64,000 nucleotides of DNA, from positions 64,001 through 128,000 of the forward strand of contig CAWDOD010000001.1 of the NCBI GenBank assembly GCA_963803805.1, written 5' to 3'. The notes below the pieces were generated by a model that was given only the letters and a program-made list of their open reading frames with translations, did not search any database and was not told where the DNA came from. Below, piece by piece: positions 57,565-64,000 of the stretch; the first letter of the stretch is position 1; each line of letters begins with the position of its first letter. The DNA comes from an uncultured cyanobacterium (GTDB taxonomy: Bacteria; Cyanobacteriota; Cyanobacteriia; Cyanobacteriales; CAWCAG01). Both the position numbers and the translations under genes were made by a program.

Positions 57565-60500
57565 ATGAGCCGCTCTGTCTGTATTAAGTCTGAATTCATC
57601 GCAAAAGTTAAAAATGCACTTAAGCACAGAAATCTGAGTCAGAAGGCATTGGCAGATCATCTTTTATTTTGTCGCTCTACAGTGAATAAATTTTGCAATG
57701 GCAAAGCAGTAGACCGCAGCAAGGCCCAGGAAATTTGCTTTAGATTAGAATTAGACTTGGAAGAAATAACAGGTTATTCCCATCCAATACCAGGCATTAA
57801 AAGAAGAGTGGACTGGGGAAAGGCAATAGATACGTCTGATCTCTCTGCACGAGAAGAAGAACTAAATGTACTGGAGCAGAGAATTGTTGAGGATAACTGT
57901 AGGGTAGTTCTAATTGAAGGAATGCAAGGGATGGGCAAAACAAATCTCTCCTATCGATTAGGTAAGCAGATCCAACAGCATTTTGATTTTATTATTTGGA
58001 GATCACTAGATGACTATGCTTCTTCTGAAGAATTATTCGCCGATTTACTTGAATTTTTTACCGCAGGAGAGCCAGGAGAAGAATCTTTAGTGAGCGACGA
58101 AGAAAGTTGGAGAACTTTGACTTCATACTTAAAGAAATATCGTTGCTTGCTAATTTTCCCAAACACTGATTTTTTCCTACAAGATTACGCCTTACATCAA
58201 AGATATGGGAAGTTTGTGAAATGGATGATAGAAGAGCAAGGAAAAAGTTGCCTAATTATAACTAGTGATATTGAACCTAAAGAAATCGTTCAATTAAGAG
58301 GAAATAAATTTCTTCATTGCATAAAAATAGAGCCGTTAATAGTTTCTGAAATTAAAAAGATTTTTAATGATATTGGAATTTTTAGTGGTTCTAGTGAAGA
58401 TTGGATTGCATTGCAGGAAACCTACTCTGGCAATCCATTTGTTCTGAAAAATATAGCAGTTAATATTCATCAATCATTTGGCGGAAATATAACTAATTTT
58501 ATTAATTTTGCTGAAGTCGTTTTTAATGGAGTTGAAAAATTTCTTGACCTTCAAATAGGTTATCTTTCAAAAGAAGAGGAAACTTTAATGTATTGGTTGG
58601 CAATTTATCGACATCCTATAAATTTATTTGAGTTGAATGATATTGTTTCAAGTTTTTCTCGTGATCGCCTTTTATCTACTGTCAAAAACCTCCGTCTACG
58701 CTTTTTTGTTGAATCTGATGGAGAAAGTATCCTTGTTCAACCACCCATGATTCAGGAGTTTTTCGTTAAACGATTAATCAATCAGATTACTGAAGAAATT
58801 ATTGATGAAAGACTTTCGTTATTAGATGCTTTTCCTTTATTAATTGCAGCTAAAAAAAGAACTGTGCAAAAAGATCAAGAGAAATTTATTCTCAAGCCAA
58901 TAATTGTTCGCCTTAGAAATGAATTAGGCACAGATAGACACGTTGAAACTTGCTTAAGAAAAATTCTTAGCCAGCATCAGAACTTGATGAATCAGGCTAC
59001 TGGTTATGCAAATGGAAATATTGTCAATCTACTTACTCAATTAGATATTATTAGTTTCAATGGTCACAACCTCTCTAACCTAGTTATCAGAAATGCTGAT
59101 TTCAGAGATGTAAATTTGCATAATGTAGATTTTTATAAGAGCGATCTTTCAGATTCCATTTTCTTGAATTCCTTTAGTAATGTCTTGTCAGTAGCCTTTA
59201 GTCCTGATGGTCAATTTCTAGCAATAGGAGATACAAATGATAATATTTATATCTGGAAATTAACTGAAGGAAAGCTTATTCTGAAACATATTTTTACCAG
59301 CCATAACTATTGGGTAAGAACCGTGGTATTTAGTCCTGATAGTAAGGTTATTGCTAGTGGTGGTGAGGATGGAACAATTTATTTGAGAGCAATTGAGACA
59401 GGAAAAGAGCTAGTTAATTTTGATGGACATATTGATAGGGTTCGATCAGTAGCCTTCAGTTCAAATGGCCAACTTCTAGCAAGTGGTGGTGATGACAAAA
59501 CAGTTAGAATTTGGGATTTAACTCGGAATGAACTTATCCATGTTTTAATAGAACATCAAGACAAAGTTAGATCAGTCGTTTTTCATCCCGTAGATAATGT
59601 CTTAATTAGTTTGAGTCAAGATAACAAAATTTGTTTATGGGCAATTAGCTCTCAATCCGTAAGATTGAAAAAATCATTTAAACTTCAAGAAAATGGTAAG
59701 AACATCACACGCACACTTGCTATTAGTCCAGATGGAAAAATTTTAGCTAGCGGTAGTGATGATGGTGTAGTACGTTTTTGGAATCCAGAAACAGGGGCAT
59801 TTATCAAAAATCTTGAACATCGTCATACTAACTGGATTAGAAGTATTGCTTTTAGTCCCAAAGGAGATCAATTAGCTAGTGCGGGCGAGGACAGATTAAT
59901 TTACTTATGGAATGCTATTACAGGTGAATGCCTACATACCTTACGTGGTCATACTGGACGAGTTTGGTCTGTTGCATTTCATCCCTTTGAATCATGGCTG
60001 GCTAGCGGGGATGATAGACTAAAAGTTAAGCTTTGGCACACTGAAACGAGCGAGTGTCTAAGAGGGTTCAAAGGATATAGTCAAGAGACAAGACCTATTA
60101 CGTTTAGTCCTGATGGAGAGAATTTAGCAACTGGTAACAACTATTCGATTGTGGATTTAAAGAATAGTTCGACAGGAGAAACAAAATCATTTCTCCGGAC
60201 ATATAGTGGAAACATTTGGTCACTTGCATTTAGTCCAGATGCTCATAGGTTGGTAGGAGGAAGCGATGATACAATGATTAGAATATGGGATCTTCTCCAG
60301 CCAAAAAAACCTCCTGAAACTTTGAAAGGACACGGTAATTGGGTAAGGACAGTTGCCTGTAGTAGAAATGGAAAATTGGTTGCAAGCGGTAGTGACGACA
60401 AAACTGTGAGGTTGTGGGATGCTTACGATTCTAAGTGCTTGCATACTTTCACTGGACATACCGATTGGGTTCGTGCAGTCTTTTTTCATCCTAAAAATTC

Positions 60501-61074
60501 AGTGTTGGCAAGTGGTAGCGACGATGGAACAGTCAAACTATGGGATCTTGATTCTTATAAGTTAATTGGAACGTTAAAGGCGAATCAACACCAAATCTGG
60601 ACGATATCGATTCATCCAGAGAAAGATATACTAGCTAGTGGAAGTAATGACAACACTATCAACATTTGGGATCTCCAAGAGCAACGGCTACTGATGACTC
60701 TTAAAGAGCATCGAAACTGGATTTCATCTCTCGCTTTCAGTGCTGACGGTAGATGGCTAGCAAGCGGGAGTTATGACAGCACGATACGTCTTTGGGAGCT
60801 TTCATCAGATCAATATATTTGTCGTAAAATCCTCCAAGGACACGGAAAAGCCGTTATTTCAGTATCTTTTCATCCTAAGCAACCGAGGTTGGTAAGTACT
60901 AGTAAAGATGGCAGTATTAAGTTGTGGGATATTGAAACAGGGGATGTATTAGATACCTGGCGCTCATTAAGACCTTATGAAGGTTTAAACATTACCGAAG
61001 TTACTGGTATAACGTCAACCCAAAAATTATGTTTAAAGGCCTTAGGCGCAGTAGAGTGCAAGAGTCCTTTTTAA
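57565..61074 (+). CDS. HTH - NB-ARC - pentapeptide - WD40 repeat protein (STAND)
   Basis: LSQKALA..RSTVNKF HTH; GMQGMGKT; YSGNPFVLK; more than a dozen GH...SVAFSPDG..LASGSDD.TVRLWD repeats. Confidence 0.92.
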   Translation: MSRSVCIKSEFIAKVKNALKHRNLSQKALADHLLFCRSTVNKFCNGKAVDRSKAQEICFRLELDLEEITGYSHPIPGIKRRVDWGKAIDTSDLSAREEELNVLEQRIVEDNCRVVLIEGMQGMGKTNLSYRLGKQIQQHFDFIIWRSLDDYASSEELFADLLEFFTAGEPGEESLVSDEESWRTLTSYLKKYRCLLIFPNTDFFLQDYALHQRYGKFVKWMIEEQGKSCLIITSDIEPKEIVQLRGNKFLHCIKIEPLIVSEIKKIFNDIGIFSGSSEDWIALQETYSGNPFVLKNIAVNIHQSFGGNITNFINFAEVVFNGVEKFLDLQIGYLSKEEETLMYWLAIYRHPINLFELNDIVSSFSRDRLLSTVKNLRLRFFVESDGESILVQPPMIQEFFVKRLINQITEEIIDERLSLLDAFPLLIAAKKRTVQKDQEKFILKPIIVRLRNELGTDRHVETCLRKILSQHQNLMNQATGYANGNIVNLLTQLDIISFNGHNLSNLVIRNADFRDVNLHNVDFYKSDLSDSIFLNSFSNVLSVAFSPDGQFLAIGDTNDNIYIWKLTEGKLILKHIFTSHNYWVRTVVFSPDSKVIASGGEDGTIYLRAIETGKELVNFDGHIDRVRSVAFSSNGQLLASGGDDKTVRIWDLTRNELIHVLIEHQDKVRSVVFHPVDNVLISLSQDNKICLWAISSQSVRLKKSFKLQENGKNITRTLAISPDGKILASGSDDGVVRFWNPETGAFIKNLEHRHTNWIRSIAFSPKGDQLASAGEDRLIYLWNAITGECLHTLRGHTGRVWSVAFHPFESWLASGDDRLKVKLWHTETSECLRGFKGYSQETRPITFSPDGENLATGNNYSIVDLKNSSTGETKSFLRTYSGNIWSLAFSPDAHRLVGGSDDTMIRIWDLLQPKKPPETLKGHGNWVRTVACSRNGKLVASGSDDKTVRLWDAYDSKCLHTFTGHTDWVRAVFFHPKNSVLASGSDDGTVKLWDLDSYKLIGTLKANQHQIWTISIHPEKDILASGSNDNTINIWDLQEQRLLMTLKEHRNWISSLAFSADGRWLASGSYDSTIRLWELSSDQYICRKILQGHGKAVISVSFHPKQPRLVSTSKDGSIKLWDIETGDVLDTWRSLRPYEGLNITEVTGITSTQKLCLKALGAVECKSPF

Positions 61075-61144
61075 ACGAAGTCCGGTTTAACTGCTCGATA
61101 CTGTTACTCAAGTGAAGACAAAGAATTTTACAGTCCCCAGTTGT

Positions 61145-61498
61145 TTACTTTTCAATGTCGTCTACCCAGTTGCAATTAGGACAGTTCCACTCATCCTTTG
61201 GTAAACAAATTCCACCAAAATCAAAACCACACTCAGGGCAAATTCCAGTGAAGAAGGGATGATTGTTTAAAATATCTAACTGCTCTTCTCTGGTGTACTT
61301 GGGAGTGTGTAAGATTAACTCGCCATTGTAGTAACTAGCCCCTTGAGGTTCCCATAGTTCATCTGATTTTTCTAGCTCTGGGTTTGGTTTAAAGTCTGAG
61401 CAGCTATTTTCCTCAATGCCATAAGGATGTATGGCGCAAACGATGTGGGGGTTTCTAGAATAAAACAAGCAGCGATCGCAATCTGAAATTTTGCCCAT
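61145..61498 (-). CDS. Cys-rich cyanobacterial protein (DUF6464-like, Zn ribbon)
   Basis: CDRCLFYSRNPHIVCAIHPYG..C; HPFFTGICPEC..CPNC; ATG at 61498 preferred. Confidence 0.7.
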   Translation of the reverse strand: MGKISDCDRCLFYSRNPHIVCAIHPYGIEENSCSDFKPNPELEKSDELWEPQGASYYNGELILHTPKYTREEQLDILNNHPFFTGICPECGFDFGGICLPKDEWNCPNCNWVDDIEK

Positions 61499-61548
61499 TT
61501 GAGTATTAAGGTAGATTTTAGAACAAATTCTTTCGGAATTAGTATTGA

Positions 61549-62191
61549 CTAAAAAGGTACAAAAAATGGCTTTTGTTTCCAAATATACTTGCTAATGGGA
61601 ATGTTATCGAGGATTTCAGTGCCATCGACAACACGGAAAACTTTGCCTCTACCTTTTTTGAGAAATTCCTGGGGCAAGACAAATCTTTCTCGAAACAGGA
61701 ATATAAGAATAAACAGCTTCCTGCCTTGTCTGAGGGCTGCTTTAGCTTGAATCAAACTACCGCTCGTATCGGAAGCCTCCACGATCACCGTCGCTTGACA
61801 TAGTTTTATTGCGCTCTGGGAAAAATCCTCGATTACTTCTGTAATCTCGTTGAGAATAAAAGTAAAAAGGCACTTGGCTAACGAGAAGATGAGTTTGAGA
61901 TATTTTCTGTTGCAACTGGCGATTTGAGCGAGGGTAGTACTCATTAAGGGGAGTTCCTATAACTCCTATAGTTCTACCCCCAGCTTCAAGAGCAGCTAGA
62001 TGTGCAGCAGTATCTATACCTTCTGCCAAGCCGCTCATAACTGTAATGTTGTTATTAACAAGTAAACGTGCTAACTTCTTAGCTCGTCTTAAGCCTTCAG
62101 GAGATGCTTTACGGGCCCCCACCACCGAAACAATCTTAGTGTGGAGTAGATCGAGAATTCCTTGATAGTTTAGCAAAGCTGATTCCTCCAC
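61549..62191 (-). pseudogene. dprA: DprA/Smf DNA-processing protein, truncated and frameshifted
   Basis: VSVVGARKAS, SGLAEGIDTAAH, FPERNKTMS then frame switch to QATVIVEASDTSGSLIQA. Confidence 0.8.
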
Positions 62192-62594
62192 TATTCATAG
62201 CTTTTGTGCTTGAGTCTAACAGGAGTATAGCTTTCAAGAGTTAGATTAATTAATCTGCGATCGCATGATTAATCATTATAAGAATGCGTAGACAAAGCCT
62301 GTCATAGGCATGGCTAACAGCTAATAGCTAATAGTATATAAATACCAACTTCCTTTGCTCTTTCTAATTAGTCGTGAGAATTCATCTTCTTTGTACTAAT
62401 TTTTCTGTCTCCCTACTAGAAATAACACTCTCCCTCCTTTATTTACTCACTTTCTAACTTTAAACCTGGAAAAGATTTTTTTGTAAAGGAATGTTGCAGA
62501 AAAGGCAAAGCTTAAAATCTCCCAGTTCCCTAATTTGTGAAAATACTCATGAAGTTAGACAATAAAGCCAGCATGAATTACGGAAGTAACTTTC

Positions 62595-63575
62595 ATGGTG
62601 GAACGTTTGTTGGGAGAAAACCAAGAGGGGAGTCTCAGGTTAAGGACACCCCTTCCTTTAGCTTGCCACCCAGCAGAAGTTTATTTAGATAGTTTGGCTC
62701 CTGGTTCGAGGACGACCATGAGGCAAGCTCTAAATGCGATCGCGTCCATATTAACCAACGGAGAATGTGATGCCCTCTCCTTAGATTGGTCGAAATTACG
62801 TTATGTCCATACAGCCACAGTTCGGTCTGTACTAGTAAAAAAGAAATTAGCCCCAGCAACCACTAATAAAATGTTGTGTGCCTTGCGTAGAGTGTTAGGG
62901 GAGGCGCAAAAGTTAGACTTAATCTCTAGTAGTGACTATACCAAAGCTATTAGTATTAGTAACGTTAAAGAAGACTCCCGGTTGAGGGGACGTTTAATAC
63001 AGCGTGAAGAAGTAGCCTTACTTTTGGAATTATTAGAAGAAGGGAGAAATAAAAAAGAACCAGGATACGCTCAACCCATTGATATTAGGGATATGGCTTT
63101 AATTGCCATATTGAGGGGAGGAGGGCTACGGCGTAATGAAGTAGTCAGGTTGGAGTTGAAAGACTTTAACCCCAGGACAGGAGCAGTGGAAGTGCGCCAG
63201 GGTAAGGGGGGTAAAAGTAGAATTGTTTATTTGCCAGAGGTGGCGGTGGAGTTGGTGATTAAATGGTTAGGTATTAGAGGGCGTAAGAGTGGGGCTTTGT
63301 TATGTCCAGTGGTTAAGGGAGGAAAAATAGTAATTCGCCACATTAGTGCGGATGCGGTGGGTAAGACTTTGCAAAGATTGGGGAAAAAGGCTGGGTTAGC
63401 TTCTTTTTCAGCCCATGATTTTCGGAGGACATTTTGTTCTGAACTGTTGGATTTGGGTGCAGATATAGTGACGGTGCAGAAGTTAGCAGGTCATGCTTCT
63501 CCTGCTACTACAGCGATTTATGACCGTCGGGGGGAAGAGGTGAAGCGTTCTGCTATTCGGAAAATGAAGTTTTAG
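62595..63575 (+). CDS. Tyrosine recombinase / integrase (XerC/D-like)
   Basis: GLRRNE, GKGGKSR, HDFRRT, GHASPATTAIYD. Confidence 0.93.
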   Translation: MVERLLGENQEGSLRLRTPLPLACHPAEVYLDSLAPGSRTTMRQALNAIASILTNGECDALSLDWSKLRYVHTATVRSVLVKKKLAPATTNKMLCALRRVLGEAQKLDLISSSDYTKAISISNVKEDSRLRGRLIQREEVALLLELLEEGRNKKEPGYAQPIDIRDMALIAILRGGGLRRNEVVRLELKDFNPRTGAVEVRQGKGGKSRIVYLPEVAVELVIKWLGIRGRKSGALLCPVVKGGKIVIRHISADAVGKTLQRLGKKAGLASFSAHDFRRTFCSELLDLGADIVTVQKLAGHASPATTAIYDRRGEEVKRSAIRKMKF

Positions 63576-63715
63576 AGGGTGGGTATCTGCTCGTTAAAAT
63601 AGAGCCAAGGGTTTTTCCCACCTTACTAGTGGTTTGTCCAGATTGTAACTATCAAGTGTACGACCCTTAACCTTTACCCCTTAACCGTCAATTGAAAATT
63701 GACAGAATACTAGCC

Positions 63716-64000
63716 ATGTCTGTTGCCAAAGAATTAGCACCTAAGCAAAATAGCCCAGAAGTAGAGGAACAAACCTCATCTGGGGAAACTTGGAGGGAAC
63801 AGCGAGAAGATGTTATCTTTCCTCCTGGTGACTTGTACAGTGATGAACCCCCCTTGGAAACTGAACTGCATCTACGGCAAATAATTATCTTGCTGCAAAG
63901 CCTCGAATGGTTATGGAAAGATAGAAACGATTTCTATAGTGCTGGTAATCTTACCATTTACTATAGTCCTAACCAGAAGAAGTCAGAAGACTTTCGCGGC
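63716..64000 (+). CDS. Uma2 (DUF820) family endonuclease, runs off window edge
   Basis: FPPGDLYSDEPPLETELHLRQ...GNLTIYYS...DFRG. Confidence 0.85.
   Translation, partial: MSVAKELAPKQNSPEVEEQTSSGETWREQREDVIFPPGDLYSDEPPLETELHLRQIIILLQSLEWLWKDRNDFYSAGNLTIYYSPNQKKSEDFRG

Larger units (their letters stand above)
1346..62743. repeat. Dispersed HIP1 octamers (GCGATCGC)
   Basis: More than two dozen copies seen by eye (e.g. near 1346, 10082, 19261, 29536, 40523, 52641, 62736), far above expectation for AT-rich DNA. Confidence 0.9.

Noticed and set aside
63663-63703. CCCTTAA-type heptamers and GTCAATT-AATTGAC palindrome as att site
   Set aside because: Resemble common cyanobacterial short tandem repeats; no second copy or tRNA in the window

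Overview
AT-rich cyanobacterial DNA (more than two dozen HIP1 GCGATCGC sites) with the organisation of a large conjugative plasmid. Left to right: a transfer/partition operon (lytic-transglycosylase/LytM protein, Ycf46-like AAA ATPase, MobD/ParA-like ATPase, ParR-like and ParM), a probable parC/oriT region with four long palindromes, a frameshifted mobC-relaxase pair and a cyanobacterial T4SS (VirB2/B4/B6/B8/B10/B9-like). Then come five sensor-less STAND-type ATPases with a radical SAM gene and a MITE, and a DUF3854 primase-helicase Rep with a putative counter-transcribed RNA. An uncharacterised operon (38.8-43.8 kb) follows: an RHH regulator with a 5x11-bp phased operator, an HTH/coiled-coil protein whose C-terminal membrane anchor is reachable only by a -1 frameshift at G_GGA_AAG plus hairpin, several tiny membrane peptides and a membrane-anchored FtsK/HerA-like ATPase. 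This operon is my best candidate for an undescribed system, possibly DNA translocation or spreading between cells. The right third is a DNA-modification-rich cargo region (DUF4007, sigma-70, C5 MTase, a TGT/DpdA-like gene split by a TnpB IS, PAPS reductase, MT-A70, ASCH), then thermonuclease, NB-ARC/WD40, a dprA pseudogene, a tyrosine recombinase and Uma2. All family calls are from motif recognition by eye; no searches were run.
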